DNA from: an uncultured archaeon
GTDB taxonomy: Archaea > Thermoproteota > Nitrososphaeria > Nitrososphaerales > Gagatemarchaeaceae
NCBI GenBank assembly: GCA_963817525.1
Contig: CAWFOU010000007.1
Coordinates: 224,001 to 288,000, forward strand
Direction: 5' to 3'
Length of the DNA stretch: 64,000 bases
The notes under the pieces are model-generated. The model was not told the DNA's origin. It saw only the letters and a program-made list of their open reading frames with translations, and ran no database searches. The translations under genes and the position numbers were made by a program. This document shows, piece after piece, positions 1 through 10,040 of this stretch (position 1 is the stretch's first letter; the number at the start of each line of letters is the position of its first letter).

Positions 1-693
1 GCCGGGGGAGAGACGCTCCACGGCCTGCGCGAACAGGTCGGGGTCACGGTCCTTCCTGGTGATGAGCCTGTCGCCAAGCCAGCCGCTGGAGAAGGCGTAA
101 TGGTCAGGGACGACCAGGTCTGGCCGCAGGACGGCGGTGAGCTCGGCAGCCTCTGTGGCGTTCATGACCACCTGGGTGTCGTTCAAACGACGGACCTGCA
201 GCCCATTGGTGGGCAGCAAGGCCAAGTTGATGTGGCCGAAGCGCCCGGGCAGCTCATTCAGCTCCGGGATGAGCATGGTGTCACCGGCGAAGTAGACCGC
301 CTTCGAGCCGTGCTGGAGCACGAAGCCGATCTCGTACACCCCATGCTTGGCCGGGGTTGCCGTGACCGTGACCCCTCCGACATCCTTGCTCTGCCAAGCC
401 TTGAGCGGGACGAAGTTCTCGAAGCCGTGCTCGGCGGCCTGCTTTGCGACGGTGTCGGTGCCAAGGACCGGTACGCGCTTGTCCCTGTAGCTGGAGAAGG
501 CGTCGAGGTCGCAGTGGTCGTAGTGCTCGTGCGAGATGAGGACGCCGTCGAGGCCAGGCAGCTCGGCGACGGAGAGGGCGATCGGCTCCCCCGGGTAGTA
601 GGTGGGCCGCGTGCTGAACCAGGGGTCGGTCAGGATGGTCCTGCCGCCAATCTCGATGAGGTGGCAGCAGTGGGTTATGCGGGTGACGGCCAT
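1..693 (-). CDS. MBL-fold metallo-hydrolase (UlaG-like), runs off window start
   Basis: Manual translation MAVTRITHCCHLIEIGGRTILTDPWFS...VLISHEHYDHCD contains the HxHxDH motif. Not in the ORF track. Confidence 0.85.
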   Translation of the reverse strand, partial: MAVTRITHCCHLIEIGGRTILTDPWFSTRPTYYPGEPIALSVAELPGLDGVLISHEHYDHCDLDAFSSYRDKRVPVLGTDTVAKQAAEHGFENFVPLKAWQSKDVGGVTVTATPAKHGVYEIGFVLQHGSKAVYFAGDTMLIPELNELPGRFGHINLALLPTNGLQVRRLNDTQVVMNATEAAELTAVLRPDLVVPDHYAFSSGWLGDRLITRKDRDPDLFAQAVERLSPG

Positions 694-717
694 CTCCAGA
701 GGCGTGGTCCGGCCTCC

Positions 718-1494
718 TCAGCGCTTCTGCTGCCCGTATTCCCAGATGGTATTCAGGAGCAGCTCTGGCGTCTCGATCTGCGGCATGTGGCCGGTCCCGG
801 TTAGCAGCTCGAACTTGGCGCCGGGGATAGCAGCCGCGTAGGCGCGGCCGTATTCGGGGTCGACTATGCGGTCGCTGTCGCCGGAGATGACGAGCACCGG
901 GACGGCGACTCGGGCGAGCCTCCCCGCGAGGGTCGGGTCGGCCATCTGGGGGGCGTAGACGCCGAGGGTGGCGCGGTTGGCCGCCATGATGGCGCGCTGT
1001 TCGTCGGTGAAGGTCGCCGGGTCGATCCGGAAGGGCTTCGGGTCGTGGTAGGAGAGGCTCATTATCTGGTCTAGGGTGAGCTTCGACGTGTCGGGGATGG
1101 GGTGGCCTGGCACCTCGATTCCCGCCGCGCCCACCAGGACGACGCCGCTGACCCGAGGGCTCCCGAGGACGGCCAGCTCGGCGGCTATCCAGCCTCCGAC
1201 GGAGTTTCCGATGACCGTCACGTCGCTTACGCCGAGCTCGTCGAGCAGGGCGGCATATACCTGCGCCAGCTCCTTGACGCTATTCAACGCCTGCGGCCGC
1301 TGCGTGCGGCCAAAGCCCGGATGCGTGGGGGTGATGACGCGGACTCCCCGCGCTGCGAGCATTCCCGCGAAGCGTGCCACGGATACCGGACCCGCGCCCC
1401 CGTGAAGCAGCAGGAAGGGCTGGCCTTCGCCGCGCTCCTCCACCAGCAGGTCGACCTTCCCAGCCCCCGCGTAGGGTACCTGGTAGGTTGTCAT
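718..1494 (-). CDS. alpha/beta fold hydrolase
   Basis: LLLHGG, GNSVGG nucleophile elbow, GDSD and GHMPQIE motifs. Confidence 0.88.
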   Translation of the reverse strand: MTTYQVPYAGAGKVDLLVEERGEGQPFLLLHGGAGPVSVARFAGMLAARGVRVITPTHPGFGRTQRPQALNSVKELAQVYAALLDELGVSDVTVIGNSVGGWIAAELAVLGSPRVSGVVLVGAAGIEVPGHPIPDTSKLTLDQIMSLSYHDPKPFRIDPATFTDEQRAIMAANRATLGVYAPQMADPTLAGRLARVAVPVLVISGDSDRIVDPEYGRAYAAAIPGAKFELLTGTGHMPQIETPELLLNTIWEYGQQKR

Positions 1495-1651
1495 CTTCGC
1501 GCCGCCGGGAGCCTTCTTCTGCCCGTTGTCAGTTCCGACTCGGTTGGACATCTGCTTGATCGCCTGCCTTCGGAGGGGATGCGACCGGATATAGTGTGTC
1601 CGGACGCTAGACTCCAAAAAACGACCCGGGCCAGCTGCGGCAGTCTGGCTT

Positions 1652-2548
1652 TCAGTCCGCCCGACTCGCTTTCTTCAGGCGGAGGGCTTCCTCGTCTATC
1701 CAGGAGATGAGCCTCGAGGTCGAAAGGATCGCCCTCGCATGGAACTTTACGCGGACGCCGCTCACGCCCGGCTCGGCCCTCAGCCTCCGCTCGGTCTCGA
1801 ACACCTCGGCGATGGAGTCGGCCCAGCAGGAGAGCACTATGGCGGTGTTCTCCCATTGGTTGACGAACACCGACTTGGGGAGCGTCTCTCTCACGCGATG
1901 GAGGACGGAGTCGTCGTCCGAATGGACGTGGACCTCGAACATGAGGATGCGGCTGGACTGAGCCGACTGGAGGATCGGCTGCACCTGGAATAGGCCCTCG
2001 TCCAGCAGCCGTCTCCTGGCCCTCTTCACGACCTTCTGGGAGAAGCCCGTGACCTCGGAGATCTCGCTTACGGGGGCGCGCAGGTTCACGACCAGCGCCC
2101 GCAGCACCTCCAGCTCGGGCAGGGTAAGCGGCTTTGACAGCTCCTTCCGCGGATGGGGGAAAAGGGGAGTGACCTCCAGCTCGACGGGGCCGAGAATAGC
2201 GGTCAGCGCCTTGCGCGCGCGGGCCGAAGGGCCGCCCTCGTAGAGGAGCACCGCGACGCTGCGGCTCACGTCCATCGTGCCGAAGACCGCCGGGTCGAGC
2301 TGGAGCGCGGCGGAGAGGCTCTCCAAGGTCCCGGGGTGCCTGAAGAACAAGAGGCGAGGGGCCCTCCGAAAGACCTGGGCAGCGGGGAGGGCCTGCAGGG
2401 AGGTCAGGATTTTCGCCTTCTCCATGGCCTCGATCCTCATCTTCACGGCCTTTCCGGAGAGCCCTATCCCGCGGCCCAGGGTCTCGTAGGAAGAGAACGG
2501 ATGCTTCCGGAGCTGGGACAGTATCAGGAAATCTCGCTCGTCGACCAA
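1652..2548 (-). CDS. Lrp/AsnC-like regulator with two wHTH domains
   Basis: N-terminal DERDFLILSQL...SYETLGRGIGLSGKAVKMRI and a second HTH (VSEISEVTGFSQKVVKRA). Confidence 0.75.
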   Translation of the reverse strand: MVDERDFLILSQLRKHPFSSYETLGRGIGLSGKAVKMRIEAMEKAKILTSLQALPAAQVFRRAPRLLFFRHPGTLESLSAALQLDPAVFGTMDVSRSVAVLLYEGGPSARARKALTAILGPVELEVTPLFPHPRKELSKPLTLPELEVLRALVVNLRAPVSEISEVTGFSQKVVKRARRRLLDEGLFQVQPILQSAQSSRILMFEVHVHSDDDSVLHRVRETLPKSVFVNQWENTAIVLSCWADSIAEVFETERRLRAEPGVSGVRVKFHARAILSTSRLISWIDEEALRLKKASRAD

Positions 2549-2630
2549 CGGGCTCGCTCACCTAGTGGAAAACGACGCACTTCAAAGTTCCTAGCGCCCA
2601 GACGTGGGACAGCTCGGGCATTACAGCCCG

Positions 2631-3440
2631 TCAGAGGAACTTCAGCAGGGCCTCGGTGGTCTCTTCGGGGCGCTCGCTCATCAGCCAGTGTCCGGTGTCC
2701 TTGAGGACGAGGATGGTTGGGTCTGTGGCCACGAGCGGCGCCTGCCCGGCCAAGGTCTTCCCGTTCGCCCTATCGCCGCCTATCACCAGCAACGGCATCC
2801 CAAGCTTGGTCTTCGAGAATTCGGCGAACTCCTTCGCGGTCTGCCCGAAGGAGATGTAGTAGTCCCAGGCAGCGTGGATGCGCCAGGGCCGAGCGTATGC
2901 CTTGGTGTAGATGGCCCTATCTCGCGGCGGGATAGACCGCTTTTTGTCGGCGGCGAAGTCGTTCCAGAAGTGCTCGAGGTAGACGCGCTCCCGGCCCTTG
3001 ACCAGCGCCTCCGGGGTCTTTCCGTTGAAGCGGAAGTGCCACGCCGGGCCGTTGTAAACGGCTTCGTACCCGGGGATGCCGGGCAGGGGCGCCTCCATGA
3101 GGGCGAGCTTCTCGGTCTCTTCGGGGAACATCGAAGCGTAGGCGTAGCCCACCATCACCCCAAAGTCGTGGCCGACGACCCTCGCCCTGTCGATGCCCAG
3201 CGACTCAGCGAGCGCGTGGATGTGGAGGGCCGCCTTGGTCATCCCGATGCCGTCCGAGGGGATGCCCGAGTCCCCAATAGAGGGGAGGTCGGGGGCGACC
3301 ACCGAAAACCTGTCAGCTAGCAGCGGGATAATCGGCCTCCACATGTGGGAGGTCTCGCCGAAGCCATGGAGAAGGATCACGGCTGGGCCCGAGCCCGATC
3401 TCAGGTAGTGCAACTTCAGCCCGTCGACCGTCGCCGTCAT
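2631..3440 (-). CDS. alpha/beta hydrolase (epoxide hydrolase/dehalogenase-like)
   Basis: LLHGF, APDLP, GHDFG (Asp nucleophile), GHWLMSE. Confidence 0.88.
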   Translation of the reverse strand: MTATVDGLKLHYLRSGSGPAVILLHGFGETSHMWRPIIPLLADRFSVVAPDLPSIGDSGIPSDGIGMTKAALHIHALAESLGIDRARVVGHDFGVMVGYAYASMFPEETEKLALMEAPLPGIPGYEAVYNGPAWHFRFNGKTPEALVKGRERVYLEHFWNDFAADKKRSIPPRDRAIYTKAYARPWRIHAAWDYYISFGQTAKEFAEFSKTKLGMPLLVIGGDRANGKTLAGQAPLVATDPTILVLKDTGHWLMSERPEETTEALLKFL

Positions 3441-3559
3441 TGTCTTGATGCCTCGGGTACCCGTCCGTTTTTCCCTTTAAGAACGACTCATTCCGGTCTA
3501 TCCCTCACGGATCGCTCGACATGATATTAGCGTTTGCTAGGTTCAGAGAGAGGTGGTGT

Positions 3560-4291
3560 CTACCCGCCGGCCCAGGCCGAGCCTTTTGTCAAGAGAGCGC
3601 GGGTTGCGATTGAGACTAGCGCGATGACCACGAAGGCGAGCAGAAGTGGGAGGACGACGGACACGTGGAGGATTGTCAGGACGCCGACGAGGGCTCCCGC
3701 GAACATCGCCAGGACCGAGAGCACACGACGGCCAGCGTTGGACCCGCTGCCGCCGACGAGTCTGCTATCAGCGAACAGGCCCGTGAGCGTCTGCGTCAGC
3801 ACGGTGGTGGTCAGGTCGTGGACGGCGAGCTTTCGCGCAGCGGCGTTCTGAAGCCCCATGGAGACGCCGAGCGCGGCGATCATGGGGAGGCCGTATCCCA
3901 TCGGGACGGGGCTCCCGGCGAACATCGAGAGGACCACCGCGGCGCCCATGAACGACGCCTGGATCCCCGCGGCGTTCCAGAGAAGGCGCCCCCTGTCCGA
4001 GCTCCGGCGCGACCCGACCAGGCCTCCGAGGAGGGATCCGAGGGCGAAGGCGCCCAGGGCCGTCAGCGAGGAGGCGACGGAGAACCCCTGCGCCCCGGCC
4101 AGGGCGAAGGCGATGAAGAGGACGTTGCCGGTCTGGTTGGCGACGAAGACATGGCCTAGGACCAGGTAGCTGAAGGAGTCGACCAGTCCGGTGACCAGGG
4201 TCATGGCGATGAGGAGGGGTGGCAGCGGGCCGTCCTTCCCATCGCGCGGGGGTAAGAGCGTCTCACGGACTTCCGTGAAGAAGTCGCTCAA
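3560..4291 (-). CDS. YoaK/DUF1275 family membrane protein
   Basis: GLVDSFSYL, FVANQTGN, MGLQNA, TTTVLT motifs. Confidence 0.85.
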   Translation of the reverse strand: MSDFFTEVRETLLPPRDGKDGPLPPLLIAMTLVTGLVDSFSYLVLGHVFVANQTGNVLFIAFALAGAQGFSVASSLTALGAFALGSLLGGLVGSRRSSDRGRLLWNAAGIQASFMGAAVVLSMFAGSPVPMGYGLPMIAALGVSMGLQNAAARKLAVHDLTTTVLTQTLTGLFADSRLVGGSGSNAGRRVLSVLAMFAGALVGVLTILHVSVVLPLLLAFVVIALVSIATRALLTKGSAWAGG

Positions 4292-4337
4292 GGGCTGCCG
4301 TGATTAGAGGACGGACACTATTTGACCGTTCACAGGG

Positions 4338-4787
4338 TCAGCTCGGACGTCTCCGGACCTGAGGCGGTCGCCTCGGCCTCTCCGCGACCGAGGAGCTCGG
4401 GAGGTAGTCAGTCTTCATCGAGCGGAGCTTGGCGGCTATCTCCCGCTCCGCGAGAGAGGACTTTCCCAGCAGGAGGACGCCCTCGGGCAAAGACCCGGTG
4501 AACCTGACATTCCCCTTCGCGATCTCCCTGTGGAGGTTGGCGCCGTCCCTGACCACGGAGACCCATTCGTCATACGATGCGCTGAGCCGAAAGTTTGCTT
4601 CATCGCCCGCTGCCGCTTTCCTCGTCGTGACGACGCCGTCCTTGATGCATATCAAGAAGGACTCGCCCGTGTCGGAGGACTCTGCGATTATCCTCGTCTC
4701 GAGCCACCGGAGGAGTGGGGAGAGGGCGGGGCTGCCGTTGAGGGAGCTGGCCGCGGCCGCGAAAAACTCTGGCGACCAGAACCTCAT
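4338..4787 (-). CDS. SCP2 sterol-binding domain-like protein
   Basis: MRFWSPEF start and FRLSASYDEW...GNVRFTG pattern typical of the SCP2 fold. Confidence 0.55.
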   Translation of the reverse strand: MRFWSPEFFAAAASSLNGSPALSPLLRWLETRIIAESSDTGESFLICIKDGVVTTRKAAAGDEANFRLSASYDEWVSVVRDGANLHREIAKGNVRFTGSLPEGVLLLGKSSLAEREIAAKLRSMKTDYLPSSSVAERPRRPPQVRRRPS

Positions 4788-4857
4788 CTGCGCGGCTTCA
4801 CTGGAGCCCGCCGCCTCGCCTCGCGAACGGCGGCGGAGTTGCAATCGGAGCACTGTT

Positions 4858-5559
4858 CTACGTCACGGTGAGGGTGCCTTCCATGAAGCCGGGTTCAGTC
4901 TGCATCCATGGCTCAGCGATGCACGGGCTGTAGCAGTTCCAGGTGTACGTCCCCGTGCTGTTGAAGCGCAAGTAGGTCACCACGATCGAGCTGGAGGGGA
5001 TTGGGACGTTGATTCCAAGCGAGGAGATGGTGAAGGTGTGGGACACGAACTCGTTCTCTGGCACGGTGTGGACGTTCCCCACGTAGTTCGAAGGGGTGGG
5101 GGACGTGCCGTTGAAGATAACCATCGAGTTGCTTTGGGTGCCGGTGACCGTTGCAAGGGTCTGGGACACGTTGTTCGCTCCGTTGTCGTAGCATACTATG
5201 ACGAGCTTGATCAGCTCGTTCCCTGGGACGGTTATGTCTGCGGACGACTGGAGACCCTTTGGACCAAGGACGTAGTATTGCGGGACAGGCCCCATCACTG
5301 GGTCGAAGGTCTGGTTCATGTTGTTGGCTACCACGATCGTGAGGGTGTAAGCCCCGCCGGAGAGGGCGCCGGAAGAGGAGTTCAGGTTGTTTATCGTCTT
5401 CTCCAGGGACTGGACCTGCGCCTGGTTACTTTGAATCGTGGTCTGTTGTGAAGACACGATACCGGTGAACCCCAAGCCCATCAGGGTCACTACCAGGCCC
5501 AACGCGACCACCACTATCGAAAACTTTGTGTCCGACACGCCCGACCTTTTCCACGCCAT
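4858..5559 (-). CDS. membrane-anchored cupredoxin-fold protein
   Basis: N-terminal TM helix; C-terminal HTFT...GTYTWNCYSPC...M...MEGTLTV. Confidence 0.65.
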   Translation of the reverse strand: MAWKRSGVSDTKFSIVVVALGLVVTLMGLGFTGIVSSQQTTIQSNQAQVQSLEKTINNLNSSSGALSGGAYTLTIVVANNMNQTFDPVMGPVPQYYVLGPKGLQSSADITVPGNELIKLVIVCYDNGANNVSQTLATVTGTQSNSMVIFNGTSPTPSNYVGNVHTVPENEFVSHTFTISSLGINVPIPSSSIVVTYLRFNSTGTYTWNCYSPCIAEPWMQTEPGFMEGTLTVT

Positions 5560-5656
5560 GAGCCAGAGCATAGGTGGAGAGGGAGTATATCGCTGAGCCC
5601 GAAGGGGTTCGGGATTGCGCTCGGAAGGGGAGCGGGTGCGTAGCCGGCTCGGCCCT

Positions 5657-6328
5657 TCAGGAGGACGGCGTCTCTCCCGCGAGGAAGTCACCCAGGATCT
5701 TCTTCTCCGCCCTCCTCAGGATCTCGTTCAGAGTGCCGGGCGCGATGCCAAGCTTCGTCGCGAGCTCGTCCTGCCTTATCCGTCGGGGGTAGTCGTAGAG
5801 GCCAGACTCCATCGCGGACTTTAGCACGCTGAACTGCCTGGGGGTCAACCGGAGGTCGTTGGTGAGGGGGGAGAGCTCCACGACCTTGTAGCCCACGCCG
5901 CCCCTCGACAGTTTGTTGAGCAGCACGGGCACCCCTTCGCTGTTGAGGAAGAGCTTGTACCCGACGGTGCAGTCGTCCTCGGTCGCCGCAGAGGATATGA
6001 AGGATGCAGAGTCGGTGCCGATCAGCGAGGTGCAGACAGTGCACCCGCTGGAGACGACGACGCCCATCATGTGGTCTTTCGAAACGGCTGTCAGCTCCGT
6101 GCTTCTGACGCCGCTCGTCGTGGCCAGGCATTCCCTCAACTTCGCACCAGCGCCCTCGCTCTCCGATGTGGTGATTTCTACGAAATGGGCCACCTCCCGT
6201 CCCTTTCCGCCTTCGACGAGCTTCAATCCCAGGATCTTCACGTATGCCGAATAGACCTGGCACAGCTCCCGCGCCCAGCCGTCGGCGGGCGAGACGAAGC
6301 GGAGCCTCATCATGCGACGTGGGGACAT
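5657..6328 (-). CDS. bacterio-opsin activator-type HTH (HTH_10) regulator
   Basis: LTPRQ...A...GLYDYPRRI...ELATKLGIAPGTLNEILRRAEKKI. Confidence 0.85.
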   Translation of the reverse strand: MSPRRMMRLRFVSPADGWARELCQVYSAYVKILGLKLVEGGKGREVAHFVEITTSESEGAGAKLRECLATTSGVRSTELTAVSKDHMMGVVVSSGCTVCTSLIGTDSASFISSAATEDDCTVGYKLFLNSEGVPVLLNKLSRGGVGYKVVELSPLTNDLRLTPRQFSVLKSAMESGLYDYPRRIRQDELATKLGIAPGTLNEILRRAEKKILGDFLAGETPSS

Positions 6329-6373
6329 CGCTAGAATCTTAAGCCTTCCTTCCCGCTTCCGACCTCACGACCG

Positions 6374-7237
6374 ATGACAACGGATAACTACGAGGGCACC
6401 TCGTCCAGACTCGCGACGCCGATGAAGGTCAAGGACGCGCTCCCTCGTATCTTCCAAAGGGCTTACCCTGTCATCGAACCGCAGACCAAGATGCTGTCGG
6501 CGATGTCCCTCCTCCGTTTCCACGAGATAGACGCGCTCCCCCTCTCCTTCGAACCAGGAGAAAAGCGGCAGAGGGCTGTCTTTGGGTCCTCAAGTCTCGC
6601 GAGGCTCATTCTCGTAGGGCCAGAGCAGCTAGGGTCGTTCCTGGGGCGGCCATGCGCGGACGCGTCCGAGCCACTCGCCACGGTGAGGGCCACCCAAGAC
6701 TTGGCGACCCTTCTCGAGACGTTCGCCAAGACGAGGTACGGGTTTGCGCGCGTCGAGGAGCGCACGGGCGTCGGGGCGCTGGCCAGCCTGACAGACGTCT
6801 TGGAGCTCTATGAAACGGGGGTTGTCACGACCAGCCTTAGTGTGAAGGACGTCGGGACGCCCATCTTCTCCATGCCCAGTGATACCTCGTTGAGGAAGGC
6901 GCTCCAGGAGATGTTCAGGAAGAGGTTCAGGAGGGTGTTCGTGTCGGGGAGCAGGGGATTCGTCTCTGACCGCGAGATGATAGGCCATGTCTTCAGCCCC
7001 GGAGTCCTAGGCCAGATACTGCAACGGAGAAAGGGCCCGAAGGAAGTACTCGAGATAACCGTGTCGGAGGTCAAGAAGGTGATGGCGAAGGAGGTCCCGC
7101 CCGGCACAACCCTGAGGAAGGCGGCTAGAGCGCTAAGGGCTGAAAGCAGAGGGCAGTGCCTGGTCTTCGACCACACGGTCGTGACACCGTGGGACATCGT
7201 CATGAAGCCCTGGATGGCGGGGGAGCTCGAGCTTTGA
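6374..7237 (+). CDS. multi-CBS domain protein
   Basis: Repeated CBS-like segments (VKDVGTPIFSMPSDTSLRKALQEM). Confidence 0.7.
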   Translation: MTTDNYEGTSSRLATPMKVKDALPRIFQRAYPVIEPQTKMLSAMSLLRFHEIDALPLSFEPGEKRQRAVFGSSSLARLILVGPEQLGSFLGRPCADASEPLATVRATQDLATLLETFAKTRYGFARVEERTGVGALASLTDVLELYETGVVTTSLSVKDVGTPIFSMPSDTSLRKALQEMFRKRFRRVFVSGSRGFVSDREMIGHVFSPGVLGQILQRRKGPKEVLEITVSEVKKVMAKEVPPGTTLRKAARALRAESRGQCLVFDHTVVTPWDIVMKPWMAGELEL

Positions 7238-7520
7238 CCCTGATCCAAAGGCTGCTAGTCCCCGCTCGCGCTAGAATTCGTGTAGAACTTCGGATGCTGA
7301 CCCCCAAGAACGCGATCAAGACGGCGTCAAGGGTAAGCAGGACGAGCCATGCGACAGGTCGGCCGTTGGCCCCAGGTCCCCTTCGACCGTCTGCCCGACG
7401 CCTGGGGCTTGATGTTCAAGGATGGGGCCAACGCGAGACGTCCTTTTGTCGGCGCCCATCGAAATCCCTGGCGAGGATAGGCTCGTAAGAGCTAAATTCG
7501 TAAGGCACAAGAGTCTGAAC

Positions 7521-7913
7521 GTGTCCGCCAGTGCGTCCAAGGCCATCGACAAGCAGATTGCCGACCTTCCCGACTGGCGCGGGAAGACATTCGCGAAGCT
7601 CCGCAAGGTCATCCACGAGGCGGACCCCGGCGTCATGGAGGAAGTGAAGTGGCGCAAGCCCAGCAAGCCGACGGGCGTGGCGGTGTGGTCTCACAACGGC
7701 TCCTTCCTGCTCGTGAACGCGTTCAAGGACAAGGTGAACCTCACATTCTACGAGGGCGCGAGGCTTGCAGACCCGAAGAAGCTCTTCAACTCCCGACTTG
7801 AAGGCGACAAGTGGCGGGCGATCGACTTCCACGAAGGGGACGAGATTGACGATCAGGCCCTGAAGGCCCTAATCCGGGCCGCGGTCGCCCTGAACACTTC
7901 CAAGGCTAAGTGA
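7521..7913 (+). CDS. DUF1801 (YdhG-like) protein
   Basis: DWRGKT...EEVKWRKP...VWSHNG...LADPKKLFN. Confidence 0.85.
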   Translation: MSASASKAIDKQIADLPDWRGKTFAKLRKVIHEADPGVMEEVKWRKPSKPTGVAVWSHNGSFLLVNAFKDKVNLTFYEGARLADPKKLFNSRLEGDKWRAIDFHEGDEIDDQALKALIRAAVALNTSKAK

Positions 7914-7960
7914 CCCGCTGGAGTCGGCCTTTGCCGGCTCGTCACGGGGCGCGGGAAAAA

Positions 7961-9895
7961 TCATCTGACGACGACTACCGTCACGCCGGAGTGCGCGACG
8001 ACGCCCGCGGAGACGCTGCCCTGGAGGAACCTCCCGGGCGCGCTCAAGCCGCGCGTGCCTATCACTATGAGGTCGGCTCCCTCCTTTTTGGCGGTCTCCA
8101 CTATCGCGTCGGCGGGCGGTCCGCTCCCCCGGACGACGGTCCCCCCTGCGACGGAGACCCCCTCGCTCTTCGCCTCACCCACGACCGAGTCGACGTAAGC
8201 CTCGGCTTCCTTCTCGGCGTAATCGTAGCGCTCCTTCAGGACCCCCGACCCCGAACCCCCGGCTCGAGGGGTCACCGGAGTCACGGCGGACGGGAATTGG
8301 ACCACCCGGAGGACGTCGAGCTCGGCGTGGTAGTCCCGAGCGAAGCTGATGGCCGTCCTCGCCGCCCGCGCCCCGTTCTCAGAGCCGTCGACCGCGACCA
8401 GTATCTTGTTCATGGCGAGCGACCTTTTCCCCTCGGCGATGGGGAAGGAGAGCGGAGTCGTAGCCTGCAGGGTCGTCTCCTTGGACATCACCACCGTCTT
8501 CGGGCTCCTGATGACGGAGGCGAAGACGATGCCGACGCCGGAGAGCACCGCGGCCCCCAGGAAGGCGTACCTGAACCCGTCGACCGTCGCGGCCGCCGAG
8601 GTCACGGAGGCGCCGACGCTAGCCGCCACCACCCCGACTATGGTCACGGCTATCGCGAGGCCGATGGGGCCCCCCACCTGCGTCGAGGTGTTGATCAGCC
8701 CCGACGCGAGGCCTTCCTCGCCCCTCCTCGCCCCGCTCAGCGCGGCTATGTTGAACGCGGTGAAGGCCAGAGCGGCCCCCAGTGAGACCACGAGCATCTC
8801 GGGGAGGAGGCCCGTGAGGAAGGAGGTCCCCACGGCGAGCCGGGTCAGCAGGAGGAAGCCCGCCGCCTGGATGGTCATCCCGACGAGGAGGACTGGCTTG
8901 GGGCCGAAGCGGGTGACGAGCCTCGCGGAGAGGAAGCCGCCTACCGAGAGGAAGACCAGCGCCGTCGGGAGGAAGGCGAGACCGGCCGACAGGGCAGAGT
9001 ATCCCTGTATCGTCTGGAGGAAGATGGTCAGGAGGAATATCATGGAGCTCACCGCGGCTATCGTGAGGACGGCGAGCGCGTTCGCGCTGAAGACGGCCCC
9101 TCGCCGGAGGAAGGAGAGCGGCATCAGCGGAGCGCCCGACCGGTGCTCGATCACGAGGAAGCCCGCCAGGACCGCGCCCGAGAGGCTCAGGGGCACGAGG
9201 GTATCGGCAGAGAGGAGGCCCTTGTTCGCGGCGTTGGTGAGGGCGTAGACGAGTATCGACAGCCCCAAGGTCACCGAGAGCGCGCCGGGGAGGTCGAGCC
9301 GCCTCTGGTTGGGGTCCCCGCGGCTCTCCACGAGGAGGCGCGTCGCCAGGACGGCGGTCACGATGCCGATCGGGACGTTCACGAAGAAGATGGACCTCCA
9401 GCCGAGCGTGGCGGTGAGGACGCCCCCCAGGATCACCCCCGCGGCGAAGGCTGCGGACGAGACGGCTGCGAAGATGCTGAGCGCCCGGTTTCTTTCGCGC
9501 CCCTCCGGGAAGGTGACCACGAGCAGGGAGAGGCCCGTCGCCGAGGCTATCGCTGCCCCCACGCCTTGCACGGCCCTCGCGCCGATCAGGATGCTCTCAG
9601 AGGGGGCGAGGCCGCCGGCGAGAGATGAGAGCGCGAAGACGACCAGCCCGATGCCGAAAAGCCTGCGCCTCCCGTATAGGTCGGAGGCCCGGCCGCTGAG
9701 GAGGAGGAAGCCGGCGAAGGTGAGTCCGTAGGCGCTCACTATCCACTGGCTGTCGGCCAGGGATATCCCGAGCTGGGTGCGCATCGTGGGAAGGGCTATC
9801 TGGACGATCGAAAAGTCAAGGACGATGACGAACTGCGCGAGGACGAGCAGCGTCAGGATCAGAGAGAGGCGCGGCGGCGAGGCTGGTTTGGACAA
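7961..9895 (-). CDS. DHA2 MFS transporter fused to a C-terminal universal stress protein domain
   Basis: EmrB/QacA motifs (LDFSIVQIALP, GRASDLYGRRR) in frame with KILVAVDGS...ADLIVIGTRG...GSVS. Confidence 0.85.
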   Translation of the reverse strand: MSKPASPPRLSLILTLLVLAQFVIVLDFSIVQIALPTMRTQLGISLADSQWIVSAYGLTFAGFLLLSGRASDLYGRRRLFGIGLVVFALSSLAGGLAPSESILIGARAVQGVGAAIASATGLSLLVVTFPEGRERNRALSIFAAVSSAAFAAGVILGGVLTATLGWRSIFFVNVPIGIVTAVLATRLLVESRGDPNQRRLDLPGALSVTLGLSILVYALTNAANKGLLSADTLVPLSLSGAVLAGFLVIEHRSGAPLMPLSFLRRGAVFSANALAVLTIAAVSSMIFLLTIFLQTIQGYSALSAGLAFLPTALVFLSVGGFLSARLVTRFGPKPVLLVGMTIQAAGFLLLTRLAVGTSFLTGLLPEMLVVSLGAALAFTAFNIAALSGARRGEEGLASGLINTSTQVGGPIGLAIAVTIVGVVAASVGASVTSAAATVDGFRYAFLGAAVLSGVGIVFASVIRSPKTVVMSKETTLQATTPLSFPIAEGKRSLAMNKILVAVDGSENGARAARTAISFARDYHAELDVLRVVQFPSAVTPVTPRAGGSGSGVLKERYDYAEKEAEAYVDSVVGEAKSEGVSVAGGTVVRGSGPPADAIVETAKKEGADLIVIGTRGLSAPGRFLQGSVSAGVVAHSGVTVVVVR

Positions 9896-9935
9896 GAGAA
9901 TTCGGCTGGAAGGTCGGCCCAGAATCGTTTGTTAT

Positions 9936-9949
9936 TAAACGTGGTAGTA
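9936..9949 (-). promoter_or_regulatory. putative promoter element TACTACCACGTTTA, copy 1
   Basis: Identical 14-mer at 52945-52958; both end in a TATA-like TTTA 35-40 bp upstream of minus-strand starts. Confidence 0.5.
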
Positions 9950-10040
9950 TTCCCGGACTAAGTAGGTGTCTTACACTTACTGATATTTTGTTCACGAATC
10001 GCAGTAATAGCGGGGCTTTCGTATAGCACACCGCTCGCGG

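Noticed and set aside
7250-7460. Small minus-strand membrane ORF (WLVLLTLDAVLIAFLGVSI)
   Set aside because: It needs several frameshifts to assemble and cannot be supported without homologs.
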